The notes under the pieces were generated by a model, which worked only from the letters and a program-made list of their open reading frames with translations, searched no databases and was not told the origin of the DNA. From the IMG/VR virus record IMGVR_UViG_3300003815_000001: a stretch of 64,000 nt of DNA; one strand, 5' to 3'. The translations under genes and the position numbers were made by a program. Shown piece after piece: positions 6,724 to 17,300 of the stretch. The stretch comes from an uncultured virus (IMG/VR IMGVR_UViG_3300003815_000001). Its lineage: Duplodnaviria; Heunggongvirae; Uroviricota; Caudoviricetes. Every line of letters starts with the position of its first letter. The stretch's first letter is position 1.

Positions 6724-7892
6724 TATTGATCCTTTATCATATCACTGTTGATTGTAAGTCTTGATACTTCACCAAACTCTTTATGATAACAAATTACTTT
6801 GGCATCACGGCCAGATAACCATCCTCCACGTGCAGCGTATGCGTCAGCAGGCGCTAAAGTTCTGTGTTGTTCTACTATCATCAAGTTGTTTTCTTTGATG
6901 TCTATGGAGTGCAAATGACCCATGTGTGCATAAGCATGCTTGGTTCTACCAAACATCTCACGGAATCTTGCAGCAAATACTTCTGACACATTGGCTACCT
7001 TGCGCTTGTGGCCGTGATGGAAGAAGAGCGCTACCTTACCAAACTCATAAGCATTATATGGGTTCGGTGATTTATCTACAGAAATCCTTGGTTCGTTTTC
7101 GTATAGGACGGAGAACCATTCTCTTAACCAGATCTGTGATACTGGATCGTGGTTAGCATCTGCCATGATGACATGAACCTTTTGGTGCTTCTGCAGCAGC
7201 ATATCTATCACAATGCGTAATACCCGTATGGCTGATCGTACAAGTTTAGCAAAGCGTGTGTCTACATCAAGGAGGTGTTTAGAAGCTGGAGTGACGGCAT
7301 CCATGCCATCAAAGTGTAAAAAGTCTGAGAGTTGTGCAAATACGGCTGTGTCTGCATCGGGAGATTGTTGTATTGCTTGAGAGAACCAACGGACAATTAA
7401 GTCTTCACCGATCTTGATATCCCAGTTCTCCCCTGTTTCCTCATCCCAGCTCAGCATACCCAAATGATAATCCGTAATGACATAACAGTTAAGAAGGTTC
7501 TCATTACTATGCGTAGGTGGTGCCATCATACTGACACGAGGGATCTCCTCTTTCATGGCTTCAATCGCTTCCATCAATATCTGCTGAAACTTATTGTCAT
7601 CCATCCTAGTCTTAACCCACTGACCTTTGACCTGGCCTTCTTCATTGTAATACGTTGATACACCTCGTACGACAAATGGCTCTGGTGCTACCCTAGTCAT
7701 ATCATGATCAGGACTATAGCCATGAGCAGCCGCTTTTCTTTTGACAGATCTGATAGAGTCTCTTATTGTTGTATGATCTATATTTAAAAACCTTGCTGCA
7801 GCCTTCTGCGATCCATGCTCTTCAACAGCTTTAAGAATCTCACCTTGCCTTACCGTACAAAACTGGTACAAACCTTGATCTATTTCCATCAC
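6723..7892 (-). CDS. Calcineurin-like metallophosphoesterase with N-terminal HTH
   Basis: ITDYHLG, SDFLHFD, ANHD, HHGH and GHLH metal-binding motifs; GSQKAAARFLNIDHTTI HTH. Confidence 0.75.
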   Translation of the reverse strand: MMEIDQGLYQFCTVRQGEILKAVEEHGSQKAAARFLNIDHTTIRDSIRSVKRKAAAHGYSPDHDMTRVAPEPFVVRGVSTYYNEEGQVKGQWVKTRMDDNKFQQILMEAIEAMKEEIPRVSMMAPPTHSNENLLNCYVITDYHLGMLSWDEETGENWDIKIGEDLIVRWFSQAIQQSPDADTAVFAQLSDFLHFDGMDAVTPASKHLLDVDTRFAKLVRSAIRVLRIVIDMLLQKHQKVHVIMADANHDPVSQIWLREWFSVLYENEPRISVDKSPNPYNAYEFGKVALFFHHGHKRKVANVSEVFAARFREMFGRTKHAYAHMGHLHSIDIKENNLMIVEQHRTLAPADAYAARGGWLSGRDAKVICYHKEFGEVSRLTINSDMIKDQ

Positions 7893-8263
7893 ATATCCTT
7901 TAATAACATATGGGTTGTGCGTTTGTCATCAACCACCAAGTATTCATTTTCCACAAGCCACTTCATTGTCTGCCTGTGAGCGTATTCAAATAGTTCAAGT
8001 CTCTCTTCTCTAGTGAGCTTGCTTCCGCTATCTAGGTTAGCATGGCACTTATGACATAGCGCAGCAATCATTGCATCACTTGCTTTGATTCCTGTGCCTT
8101 TGCCATCACGTTGCTGATTGCTATGTGCAGCGACTACGGTGCCGTCTTCAACACCGCAGTTCTGACATGGAGATTCACGTACTATCTCTAGTAACTTCTT
8201 GTTTCTATAAGTCTTCACCAACCATCCTTTGAGTGAAGTGACGTTCCAGCTTATTGTTTTCAA
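7889..8263 (-). CDS. DUF1364-like HNH/zinc-finger nuclease-domain protein
   Basis: PCQNC...TVVAAHSN...GKGTGIK...ALCHKCH. Confidence 0.65.
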   Translation of the reverse strand: MKTISWNVTSLKGWLVKTYRNKKLLEIVRESPCQNCGVEDGTVVAAHSNQQRDGKGTGIKASDAMIAALCHKCHANLDSGSKLTREERLELFEYAHRQTMKWLVENEYLVVDDKRTTHMLLKDM

Positions 8264-8471
8264 TAAACTCTAACCACTTAACACCAACATGTTTAACTCC
8301 CAAGCCAAACGTCAACAGTTCAGCAATGCGTACTGCCTCCAATGGCGTAATGTCATCCTGTGGTGTGAAATGGTAGTTCATTCCTTTACTCATATCTGCA
8401 AAGGAAATCTTAGGATACTGAGGTTGATAAGCCTGATATGAGTTGTAAACATTATGCGGCACGGAATTCAC
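8205..8471 (-). CDS. Hypothetical protein
   Basis: ORF in operon context. Confidence 0.45.
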   Translation of the reverse strand: MNSVPHNVYNSYQAYQPQYPKISFADMSKGMNYHFTPQDDITPLEAVRIAELLTFGLGVKHVGVKWLEFIENNKLERHFTQRMVGEDL

Positions 8472-8643
8472 TTTTATCTCCTTTCACATCAGTAATGATT
8501 ACTCGTTCACCCTTAGGACGCTTAAGTTTAGCAAGACACTCTTTGCATTTGAAACGACCAATAGACTTAAGTGATGTCTTAACAATCTTACCGCCCTCAA
8601 CAGGCTTATCTCTAAAGCATGAAAAGCAATATTTCAGTTTCAT
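8452..8643 (-). CDS. Small zinc-finger protein
   Basis: CFSC...CKEC. Confidence 0.6.
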   Translation of the reverse strand: MKLKYCFSCFRDKPVEGGKIVKTSLKSIGRFKCKECLAKLKRPKGERVIITDVKGDKSEFRAA

Positions 8644-8834
8644 TTTTTACCTTTCTTTAACAAATCTGGAAGACCAGCTTCTAGTGGCTTGCGAGCTTCA
8701 ATCATTGCATCTGCCATACTGTAAGAATATTGTGCAATAGTCTCATCGCTCACATCCCTAATCGTTGCACCATTTACCACAAATCCGCACATGGCAAACA
8801 TAGCAAACAAGTCTCTTGCCTCTAAATCATCCAT
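8640..8834 (-). CDS. Hypothetical phage protein
   Basis: RDLFAMFAM...AQYSYSMADAMIEAR, a recurrent small phage protein pattern also seen in 13110-13391. Confidence 0.6.
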   Translation of the reverse strand: MDDLEARDLFAMFAMCGFVVNGATIRDVSDETIAQYSYSMADAMIEARKPLEAGLPDLLKKGKK

Positions 8835-8836
8835 GA

Positions 8837-9121
8837 TTACTTCTTCATTTCTAGAGCGTCTATACGCTCCGTTAATATAGCGCCTAGGTCTTTACCTTTG
8901 ATCGCTACCATTTGCGCCTCAGGGCACTCGTAAACCACGTTCCCAGCGTCTTTGAGACCCTTATTGTAGCCACTAGTGTATGCATCATTACCATCAATGA
9001 TCATTGCAATAGCGTCACGGATTAGCACAGATGCTTTACGATCCTTTGCTAGTTCCTTTAGCTTCAAGAATAAATTCTCAGGCAAGTAAACTGAATACGG
9101 TATTAAGTTTTTGGCTGCCAT
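8837..9121 (-). CDS. Ribbon-helix-helix-like DNA-binding protein
   Basis: YSVYLPENLFLKLKELA...ASVLIRDAI. Confidence 0.55.
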   Translation of the reverse strand: MAAKNLIPYSVYLPENLFLKLKELAKDRKASVLIRDAIAMIIDGNDAYTSGYNKGLKDAGNVVYECPEAQMVAIKGKDLGAILTERIDALEMKK

Positions 9122-9564
9122 GCTGTGTACTTTCTATATAGTTGGTCTAATAATTTCTGAGCTTCTACGTTTGTTTTAAGATCAGAGCGTGATGGCACAT
9201 TCAAATACGTACGGATCCAGTCAGTTGCGTTCTCATGGTCTTGTGTAAAGATTTGGTTATCATCGTATAAGAACTTCCAAAACTTAGGATCACGACACAA
9301 CATGCCTGCTATACGTATTGCTTTGTCACCAGCAAACTCCTCTTCCTTATCCATCGGTTGCTCATTCTGATCTAATCGCACCATGACAACTTGATACCTC
9401 GCCCCAATGAAATCCCTGAGCAAATCGTCAGGGACATCATCAGGATGAAGAGACAAGGTAAGTACATACCCTGTCTTATCTTGTTTGAATGCGACTTTAA
9501 CGCCCTCAAACTGGATTGTTTTCACTCTTGTTCTCCAAGTAAGAGATGACTGCAAGATAACCAA
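9103..9564 (-). CDS. Conserved hypothetical phage protein (probable start near VKTIQFE)
   Basis: Long ORF in operon. Confidence 0.6.
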   Translation of the reverse strand: MVILQSSLTWRTRVKTIQFEGVKVAFKQDKTGYVLTLSLHPDDVPDDLLRDFIGARYQVVMVRLDQNEQPMDKEEEFAGDKAIRIAGMLCRDPKFWKFLYDDNQIFTQDHENATDWIRTYLNVPSRSDLKTNVEAQKLLDQLYRKYTAWQPKT

Positions 9565-9820
9565 TTTCTTGATGCTTCAGATTAGCAATATCTTTTTTTA
9601 AATTGTTAATCATATGATCCACAAATGGCCAATCTTTTTCTGAAATTTTATAATTAGATAGTGCTGTCCTAGCTTCATTTAACTCATTTTGCAACTCTAT
9701 ATTTTTTGCTTCAAAAGCTGCAATTTTCTTTTGCATGGGTGTCATTTTACCTACTTGACTGGACGGAGCACGTTTAGTGTATTTACGTTTAGGTTTAATA
9801 GTTTCCATGATTACTCCCAA
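9506..9820 (-). CDS. Coiled-coil hypothetical protein
   Basis: ORF in operon; heptad pattern. Confidence 0.55.
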   Translation of the reverse strand: MGVIMETIKPKRKYTKRAPSSQVGKMTPMQKKIAAFEAKNIELQNELNEARTALSNYKISEKDWPFVDHMINNLKKDIANLKHQEIGYLAVISYLENKSENNPV

Positions 9821-10080
9821 GGGTTCTTTTCAGCATCAGCTGGTTTCTCGTATGGCTCTGCAATTGCTAGAGACTGGAAGTCATTGCCACTTGCTGAAGT
9901 TTTCTTCCATGCAGATACGGCTAACTTCACTAGACCTGTAGGGTTCTTCTTCAATTGTGCAATCACTAGATCACGGTCAACGTAGATGTCACCACGTAAG
10001 TCAGGTTGGTTNTCTGAAGACTTGCGTGTGTTTACAAATAGTGCGCCTGAGTTAGGACGTTGTTCAAAAGTNGTAGCCAT
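9811..10080 (-). CDS. Putative single-stranded DNA-binding protein (DUF736-like); two ambiguous N bases
   Basis: NSGALFVN..K....QPDLRG...VSAWKK pattern, C-terminal ..NPWE tail, next to ERF. Confidence 0.55.
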   Translation of the reverse strand: MAXTFEQRPNSGALFVNTRKSSXNQPDLRGDIYVDRDLVIAQLKKNPTGLVKLAVSAWKKTSASGNDFQSLAIAEPYEKPADAEKNPWE

Positions 10081-10268
10081 TATTTAATCTCCTCTGTTGT
10101 AGTTGTTGGTGCTTCTTCTTTAGGTAATTGTGGTTGTACTTGCATGTTCATCTTACTAACAAGTAAAAATGCACCAGTCTTCGTTGGCAATTCATTGAGT
10201 ACGTTACCGATAAAAGTAACTTCCTCAAGTGTTAGTGTTAAGTTAATTTGTTGGTTGTTGTCAGCCAT
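10080..10268 (-). CDS. Hypothetical protein
   Basis: GGAG ribosome-binding site; operon context. Confidence 0.55.
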   Translation of the reverse strand: MADNNQQINLTLTLEEVTFIGNVLNELPTKTGAFLLVSKMNMQVQPQLPKEEAPTTTTEEIK

Positions 10269-10269
10269 T

Positions 10270-11022
10270 TTATTTCTCCTTTAGTTGGTTTTTACGTTCA
10301 GTGAAACTTGTCATCATGTTCTTAAAGAACTCTTCATCTATTTCTTTTACTGTATCAAATAGCTGTTTGTTCTTCTTAAACAATCCCATTACATCATCTT
10401 CTTTATCGCAGAATACTAAGAAGCCATTTACTGCTGTCTTAATCTCTTCTAGCCATGCTTTCTTATCTGCACCGCTATCAGTCGTTACTGTGATTACCCA
10501 TCCACGTTTTGCTAAGTCTGCTTTAGAGTAAACCTTAGGTTCTACACCTTTAATCACTGGTGCAATCTCTTTCTCTTCAGCTAACTCCTCTGGCGTAAAT
10601 GCAGATAATTTACGCTCCTCAGGCTTTTTTGCTGGCTCATCCTTACCTGTTGTTGCATCAAGGGCATCGTGCTCTACGATCTCCATAGCGTTTACCCACA
10701 GGTATCTTCTTAAATAACTTTGGACTGCACCCAAATTTTGCACATCATGACAACCTTTAAGGGAAGCCGTAGACATTGGCGAAAGAAAAGATACAGTCTC
10801 CTCAGGCTTATCAATAGCCCGTATATGAAGAACGGCAAGCTCAGTGTTAAAAGAAATGTGACCGAATAAGCCATGATCAGCAAATATATTCTGAACTGTT
10901 GGAAGAAAGTCAGCGAGTTCAAAGTACTTGTAGTTTGCGAACTTGTTAAATCCTGACTTTTTAAGCTCCGTGTTCTGTAACTGGATCCTTGCTTTTTGGA
11001 GTCTTTCGTAAACATTACTCAT
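10270..11022 (-). CDS. erf: ERF-family single-strand annealing recombinase
   Basis: KKSGFNKFANYKYFELADFLP and QNLGAVQSYLRRYLW ERF signatures. Confidence 0.85.
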   Translation of the reverse strand: MSNVYERLQKARIQLQNTELKKSGFNKFANYKYFELADFLPTVQNIFADHGLFGHISFNTELAVLHIRAIDKPEETVSFLSPMSTASLKGCHDVQNLGAVQSYLRRYLWVNAMEIVEHDALDATTGKDEPAKKPEERKLSAFTPEELAEEKEIAPVIKGVEPKVYSKADLAKRGWVITVTTDSGADKKAWLEEIKTAVNGFLVFCDKEDDVMGLFKKNKQLFDTVKEIDEEFFKNMMTSFTERKNQLKEK

Positions 11023-11224
11023 CTCCTAGCTCCTCTTGTATTAGTTTTTCTAAATAGTGTTGAGCTTTATATAAGTCCTCAATACCGCCTTTCTTTTTCC
11101 ATCTAGATACGTACTTGATAATGTTTCCTTCAATGTATCCGATGTTGTTAGCCATAATGTAATCCCATGTTTGGATGGAACTACGATAATGACTTCCTGC
11201 TACTTGTCTATCATTTGCTTTCAT
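11015..11224 (-). CDS. DUF3310 protein (T7 gp1.7-like)
   Basis: QVAGSHY...GNIIKYVSRW..KGGIEDLYKAQHYL. Confidence 0.85.
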   Translation of the reverse strand: MKANDRQVAGSHYRSSIQTWDYIMANNIGYIEGNIIKYVSRWKKKGGIEDLYKAQHYLEKLIQEELGDE

Positions 11225-12113
11225 CTATACCCTCCTCGTTTAATTCAATTAAATAGTTCTGATACTGCTTGCACCACTTACTTACTTGGCAATAATTAGC
11301 ACAACGAGTACGCTCACCTGGCCGTATCTCAATCTCATAATCCTTACCAAGTTCATCTAGCAATTTAAGAGCAGCATCCATATCTTCCAATACGTATTTA
11401 GCTCTTACACCGCCAATCTTTTTAATCGCATACATCGTAGGTTTTTCCCACATCTCTTTTGGAGTGCAGTCAGGTAATGGCTCACCTGTTTCAATTGCAT
11501 ACTCAGCTTCTGAATGCTTAGCAATGCGTCCTTTGATATATGCTTCACGCTCCTCAAGTGACCATAGCGTAATAGGAATACGTATGATGGCAGCTCTCGG
11601 ATAGTTCTCTTTGTTCTCTGCTTCACGTGCTGACCAATCACGTAAGAACGCCACGATATTAAGACTCTTAATCGGCACCTTCTTATGTGTTTCAATCAAC
11701 CATGCGTAGATGTTAAGTTGCTGTTCCCATTCAGGCTTGTCATTCATTGCAGACCATGTAGAGGTTAGCTTGTAATCAGAAATCACAATGCCATCGTCAT
11801 ATACTTCCTGCAAATCCACAGCGCCTGAGATCAACCAGCCATCCACCTCAGCATGTAAACGTTGTTCAACAATACTGTTCTCGTTCTTACCATGCTCTAA
11901 TACACCATGCATAGCTGAACCTAAGATAGACCAAATCATTCCTGACACATCTTGTTCCAACTCAGCATCATACTTCTTAGTGAGTGCAACAATCTTTGGA
12001 CTATTCAATAACTGAGTAGCGGAGATGTTGGCATTCCCTTTGCTATAAGTAGGACGCTCAACTACGTTGACAATGATGTCAGGCAAGTTGTGCTTGTTAG
12101 TGATTTTCATCAT
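11211..12113 (-). CDS. PD-(D/E)XK (Cas4/RecB-like) exonuclease
   Basis: GSAMHGVLE...ISGAVDL...ISDYKLT...QQLNIY with a C-terminal Cys cluster (RCANYCQVSKWC); adjacent to ERF. Confidence 0.8.
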   Translation of the reverse strand: MMKITNKHNLPDIIVNVVERPTYSKGNANISATQLLNSPKIVALTKKYDAELEQDVSGMIWSILGSAMHGVLEHGKNENSIVEQRLHAEVDGWLISGAVDLQEVYDDGIVISDYKLTSTWSAMNDKPEWEQQLNIYAWLIETHKKVPIKSLNIVAFLRDWSAREAENKENYPRAAIIRIPITLWSLEEREAYIKGRIAKHSEAEYAIETGEPLPDCTPKEMWEKPTMYAIKKIGGVRAKYVLEDMDAALKLLDELGKDYEIEIRPGERTRCANYCQVSKWCKQYQNYLIELNEEGIDESK

Positions 12114-12384
12114 CCACCTCTAGTTTAATTTTGCCTATGTAAGTCCAATTTTCAGTATCAGTTTTGCTTTTTGATAATTCAAATATGGCGCTTATGTCGC
12201 TTTCATACACATACAAATACTGTGGCTCTTTAGGCTGTGGTTTAATGCGGTATTCATATTCATTATCTTCATACCAATATGGTTGGACTAATGTAATCCA
12301 TTCGCCTGTTTCTAAATGTTTAGTTTCAATCTCTACACCAGATGCCCAAGCTACAATCTCGTTATACCATTTGTGTTTCTGCAC
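12097..12384 (-). CDS. Hypothetical phage protein (start corrected to GTG 12384)
   Basis: AAAGGA ribosome-binding site before GTG; product VQKHKWYNEIVAWASGVEIE...EYRIKP. Confidence 0.65.
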   Translation of the reverse strand: MQKHKWYNEIVAWASGVEIETKHLETGEWITLVQPYWYEDNEYEYRIKPQPKEPQYLYVYESDISAIFELSKSKTDTENWTYIGKIKLEVDDENH

Positions 12385-12853
12385 GATATTTTCCTTTCGC
12401 CATGTTATGGGCTTCAATAGCCTCCGCCAAATCATCATATGTTCCAATGTTGTATCGCTTACCATCAGTTTGAATACGAACATTCCATTGTTCAGTTTCT
12501 TTTTTAAATGTAATTCCTGTATGTCCTGATGTATTGTCTTTTCTGATACCTGCATTATGTTGATTGCTCATATTTGTAGCTGGTCGCAAGTTTTCAATAC
12601 GGTTATCTGTTCTAATGCGATTTATATGGTCAATTTGTTCTGGCAATTCATCATTAAACATAAGCCAAATAATTTGATGTGCCAATCTTGGTTTACCCTC
12701 AATCTTTATTTGAATATATCCATGAGAATCTATTGAGCCAGCTTCATCTCCAACTTTAACTCTATTGGATACTTGTTTTGCCCAATATAATTTTCCATCT
12801 TCATATCGCAATATGTTTTTTATTTCTTTTGCCCATTTATGTTGTTTATTCAA
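12362..12853 (-). CDS. HNH endonuclease with C-terminal AP2 domain (homing endonuclease)
   Basis: IDHINRIRTDNRIENLR HNH motif; NTSGHTGI...WNVRI...YNIGTYDDLAEA AP2 domain. Confidence 0.9.
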   Translation of the reverse strand: MNKQHKWAKEIKNILRYEDGKLYWAKQVSNRVKVGDEAGSIDSHGYIQIKIEGKPRLAHQIIWLMFNDELPEQIDHINRIRTDNRIENLRPATNMSNQHNAGIRKDNTSGHTGITFKKETEQWNVRIQTDGKRYNIGTYDDLAEAIEAHNMAKGKYRAETQMV

Positions 12854-12938
12854 AATACCATCCCCTTACATCACATCTGTTTTTAATCATTATCAATTTT
12901 ATTTTGCTAATTACTTTTGCCCATTTATGTGGTTTCAT
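12846..12938 (-). pseudogene. 30-aa remnant of the HKW-family gene
   Basis: MKPHKWAKV-ISKIKL resembles the N- and C-termini of 12097-12384 joined together. Confidence 0.4.
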
Positions 12939-13113
12939 AGTTTGTCACTCCAAATGCAGTTCTACTTGCTTTCCAAGCTTTTTCTAATTCATTCCATAAT
13001 GTCTGACTATCTACATATTTACCATCAACTGTTTTAATGTTAGTGATGGCAATGATGGCATCTTCTATTGAGTCATTGTCCCCTGTGCTTTGGTATTTAA
13101 GGTCTAGGCTCAC
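12925..13113 (-). CDS. Hypothetical protein
   Basis: Operon context. Confidence 0.5.
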   Translation of the reverse strand: MSLDLKYQSTGDNDSIEDAIIAITNIKTVDGKYVDSQTLWNELEKAWKASRTAFGVTNYETT

Positions 13114-13391
13114 TTATGCGCCTCTTTAACCAATGCATCAGCTAACACGAATACCTTTTCAGTAAAACGTGAGATAGATACATGGCCTTCAGTGATGGTA
13201 ATGTCCATGCCTTTAAGTACATAATCTGCGACTGCCACAGCAAACTGGTTGCGAAGTGTATTATCTTGCGTAATACGCAAATCTGCTGAACCTCCTGCTA
13301 CGACTGTTGCCTTTTCTTTTGCGACTGGCGCAGAAACTTTAGCTGTTACTTCTACTTCTTGATTGTTTTCAGATTTCACAATTACCTCCAA
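13110..13391 (-). CDS. Hypothetical protein
   Basis: TLRNQFAVAV...VFVLADALV pattern like 8640-8834. Confidence 0.55.
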   Translation of the reverse strand: MEVIVKSENNQEVEVTAKVSAPVAKEKATVVAGGSADLRITQDNTLRNQFAVAVADYVLKGMDITITEGHVSISRFTEKVFVLADALVKEAHK

Positions 13392-13653
13392 TACACATAC
13401 GGTTAGTTAAAATTTCTTCCTCCAAGTCTTCCATCAATAAATCTTGAATAGCTGACTCGGTTTCTTTTATTACACTTACATACACACTATCAGGTGTTTC
13501 ATATGTTGCTGACTCAATCAGTAACCCACGGTCACGACCATGATCAGTAAGGACTGAACTTACAAAGTCAGCAGGGTCAATACCCCAACCAAGTACCTCT
13601 TGATACTTAGCTTCTTCAATTTTGATTTCTGCAACGTATAGGAATTTACGCAT
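13369..13653 (-). CDS. Hypothetical acidic protein
   Basis: Operon context. Confidence 0.55.
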   Translation of the reverse strand: MRKFLYVAEIKIEEAKYQEVLGWGIDPADFVSSVLTDHGRDRGLLIESATYETPDSVYVSVIKETESAIQDLLMEDLEEEILTNRMCIGGNCEI

Positions 13654-13982
13654 TAGTATGTCTCCATCTTTGTAAACATCTTTGGATCATACGTACGTTC
13701 TGATCTATCATCATAAACAGCATGTACATAGCCATCATAAACAGCGTAACATCCGTTTAAGGTAACGCCATCAGGACCACGTGCATACATTTGGAAAAGT
13801 CTTGGATACTTTGCTGAGCATTGTCTATCTGTTAATACGATTTGACCGCCAGCCTCGTTTGGCATTTGCCATGTATCTGCATGGGCGCAGCTACAAGTAG
13901 ATAGCGCAATAGCAGAAAAAATGCTATAAAGATAACGTTTCATAATTAACCCCTCGGTAGTAATGAGACACAAGTTTGGCAT
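13653..13982 (-). CDS. Small exported protein (probable start MKRYLYS, 13943)
   Basis: GAGGG ribosome-binding site; signal peptide ending AHA-D; two Cys in the mature part. Confidence 0.6.
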   Translation of the reverse strand: MPNLCLITTEGLIMKRYLYSIFSAIALSTCSCAHADTWQMPNEAGGQIVLTDRQCSAKYPRLFQMYARGPDGVTLNGCYAVYDGYVHAVYDDRSERTYDPKMFTKMETY

Positions 13983-14015
13983 ATTGTTTTTATGATGTCA
14001 ATAGGTTGTACCTAT
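13973..14015 (-). promoter_or_regulatory. Promoter TTGACA-17-CAAACT with adjacent palindrome ATAGGT-N3-ACCTAT
   Basis: -35 at 14001-13996; inverted repeat 14001-14015 in the divergent intergenic region. Confidence 0.5.
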
Positions 14016-14043
14016 ATTTATTCACCTACTATAAGATAACTAC

Positions 14044-14394
14044 ATGGCTATACATTTAGAATTACCGTATCCACCAAGCGTCAACCATTATTGGGGACAG
14101 TCTGGAAAGCGCAGATTTATTGGTAAAAAGGGAAAAGAGTTTAGAGAAGCGGTGATTGCTATCGTTGAAAGAGAGAAGGCCAGAACGTTATTTGGCAGGC
14201 TTGCCGTACACGTTAATCTATATCCACCAGACAGACGTAAGCGTGACGTAGATAATTGTATGAAGAGTTTACTAGATGCTTGTGAACATGCAGGATGCTA
14301 CGAGAACGACTCCCAAATAGATGAGTTACATATCATCCGTAAGGAAGTCGTCAAAGGTGGAATGTGTATTGTTACTGTTCTTGAACTGCCTTAA
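14044..14394 (+). CDS. rusA: RusA-family Holliday junction resolvase
   Basis: LPYPPSVNHYW; PPDRRKRDVDNCMKSLLDA; NDSQID. Confidence 0.93.
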   Translation: MAIHLELPYPPSVNHYWGQSGKRRFIGKKGKEFREAVIAIVEREKARTLFGRLAVHVNLYPPDRRKRDVDNCMKSLLDACEHAGCYENDSQIDELHIIRKEVVKGGMCIVTVLELP

Positions 14395-17300
14395 CTTGAT
14401 TGTTAAAGCGTTGCATAATTACAGTCTTTTGATTCTCTACTTGTTTCAATGCTTCTACTGAAGCACCACGAGATTCTAATTCACGTTTGCGTTTGTTCAA
14501 TGCATTTATCTGATTTTCAACGTTATTTGCAGCATTCCATAGTCTAGCTTCAGGGTGATCTTGATAATAACCCATGACATCACCTTGGCTCTTCATACGT
14601 CCTTTAACTACGTTCTCATGTTCAGCCATATCAGTAATGTTAGTGTAGAACTGTTGTGATGTAGCAGCTGGAGAACCAACGTCACCTACAAAACGACCGA
14701 AGAATGGAATTCTATGCATTGGTACTTCTTCACCAGTGGTAGTAGACTTAGCTAATTCACCAGCCTTTAAGATTTCACGGCTTACACCACCGCCTATTTG
14801 TCCTGCTAAGTAATCTAGTTGATCAGCAGTAGGGCTGATAAAGCCCTTAGCATGTTCTTCACCACCAGATGTCAACAAGTTCAAAGCGTATGCAATACCT
14901 TGGCTGAGTGAGCTTGCGTTATCACGTGAACGTTCCCAACCTGGAGTCGGTGCTGTTGCTCTATCTTCACGAGCAATAGGACGGCCAAATGCATCTTGGT
15001 TTTGTGAGATTGCTACCAACGGATCAAGCACAGTTGGCGTAATTGTTTGCAATCCAAGTGTTGCACCCAATGGGCTGAATGCATCTGCAATCGTACTAGC
15101 CATGTCACCAATATGTTTACCCGTATGTGTAAAGCCATTACCTGCATAGTCAGATGTAATACGACCAATGTTAGGGAAAATATTAAATCCTAATGGATAT
15201 GGGATAGACAAGTACTTCTGATCTGGCATTGGAACAATAAAGTTCTTTTCCTTAACAAACTCAGGGATGTCATTCTCATCGTAACCTGCAGCTGACAACA
15301 TAATAGATTGCATCACGCCAATACCTAAACCACCAGCCATAATCTTCTTGCCTGCTGGTCCTTTTAATGTTTCTAGTACACGGGCAGAACCTTGCACAGA
15401 TGCATTAAAAAATGCGTATAGTGAGTTTACTTTTTGTGAGAATGCACCACGCTTATCAAAGTTGACTGTTAAGTTCTTAGCAATGATAGCTGCATCATGT
15501 TTGATACCTGCAAGTTCATCTGGAGGGATAGACTTGATGTCTCTACCTGCAATGTTTTTATCTAGAGCAGCCTTGTATGCAGATAAACGTACAGCGTTTT
15601 CCATCATGTCATTGAAGTCAGTAAGCATGCCAGCTACATAACCAAATGCCTTACGTGCATTACCATGTTTGATCTGACTGAGCTTCTCATCAATGATACG
15701 CATCTGATCTTGTCTACGTACTAATGACTCACGATGACCAGCTTGACCGCCTTCTCTTCTGAAGTCTTTGTATAGTTCAGCCCATTCACCCTTAGTACCA
15801 GTCTCACCAATACGCTCATCACGTAGTGTACTGATAATGCCACGCATAGCAGGCATGATGTTCTTAGCTACTTCCTTTTGTTTGCCAGCAAGTTGAGTAG
15901 TAGATAAGTTGTACATTGCACCCTTAACGTCACGGAACAAGTTGACGAAACCGAAGATAGGGTTGTACTGTGTATTCACGTTAGCAAACCAACGTGTAGC
16001 AGCGCCAATGCCACGCATAGCAGCATTCATTTGCTCAGCATCCATGTTCTGTAGTGAGCGAGCCATACGCATAGCATTAGGATCTTTAGGATTAAAGAAC
16101 ACGTATCTATCTTTACCGTTAATACGTACAGTAAATACATGATCTTGATAACGCTCTAACGTATTGATCTTATTTCTTACTACTTCTCTGCTTGCAGGTA
16201 ATGGCTCACCATTAATATCAAAACGTTCTGGTCCTGGTTTAACTTTAGTTAATACACGTTCTTTAGGCTCAGCCATGAGGTTTTTAATAAGATCTTCAGG
16301 TTGATCTATGCCCATGTTGCGTAGCTCTTCTATCACTCCTGCAGGATTCTTTAACGCATCAGGATTAACAGCCATCCAAAAGCCTGGATTAGGATGCTTA
16401 ATAGCAAGACCATACACAGCCTTTTGAACTTCCATCTTTTCTTCACGAATCAATGCACGTTCATGCGCTGCTACGATGTTACCAATGATGTCATCAACAG
16501 TAGCCTTAGAACCAAGCGCACGTTTACCAAAGTTACCACGTACAGCAAAGCCCTTACCTACACCGCTAAATGGATTCTCGCCCTCTTGCACACGGTGCAA
16601 TGGTACGTAATGTTTATAAGTAGCATTCCACATATCAAGCATATCAGGAGCAATATCTCCAGATCTGCGTAATACTTCTTGCGTATCCTTAATCATTTCA
16701 TCAAAGTGCTTGGCAACACGTTCAAGAGCCTCACGCTTTTTAGGATCTAACTCAGCCAAGTATTTCCTAGCATCTTGCGTATGGATGCCAGATCCTTGAT
16801 CTTTTAAAGGATTTTCCTGAATCAACTCACCTGTATTTGGATGATATGTATCAGGATTAATTTTATTCATTTGCTCGTTACGCTCTTCAGCATGACGATT
16901 ATGCATGTACTCATTGATTTCAGCTGGAGTGATTTTTTCTTTCTCCATTGCTTTAACAGCAGGCATGACATCACCGAGCAAGAACTCTCTGATCTTAGTA
17001 GCTACACGACCATGAAATGTTTGTTCCTTCTCATACGGGCTGAATCTGCTTTCAATCTTATGGCCAGCAGCTTTAATTGCTTTTTCAATATTCTTAGCGT
17101 CTAGCTGGTTATCTTGTAATGCATGAATGAACTTATCAATATGTAACTGTTTATCAGTTGCATTAGTTAGTGGATGCTCCCAAGTAGGTTCTGGTGGTTT
17201 ATTACCTTTATAATTAACATCACCAAATGATTGCACACTTGAAAGCCCACGAACTTTCTTTTCATCTGCATAAGCTTTGAAATCTTTACCTCTGGTCACT

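Noticed and set aside
11211..12113. Cas4 as part of a CRISPR system
   Set aside because: No other cas genes or array; the ERF and SSB-like neighbours indicate a recombination exonuclease.
12385..12555. N-terminal extension of ORF 12097-12555
   Set aside because: It overlaps the HNH-AP2 gene in another frame; a GTG with a ribosome-binding site at 12384 gives the family-typical start.
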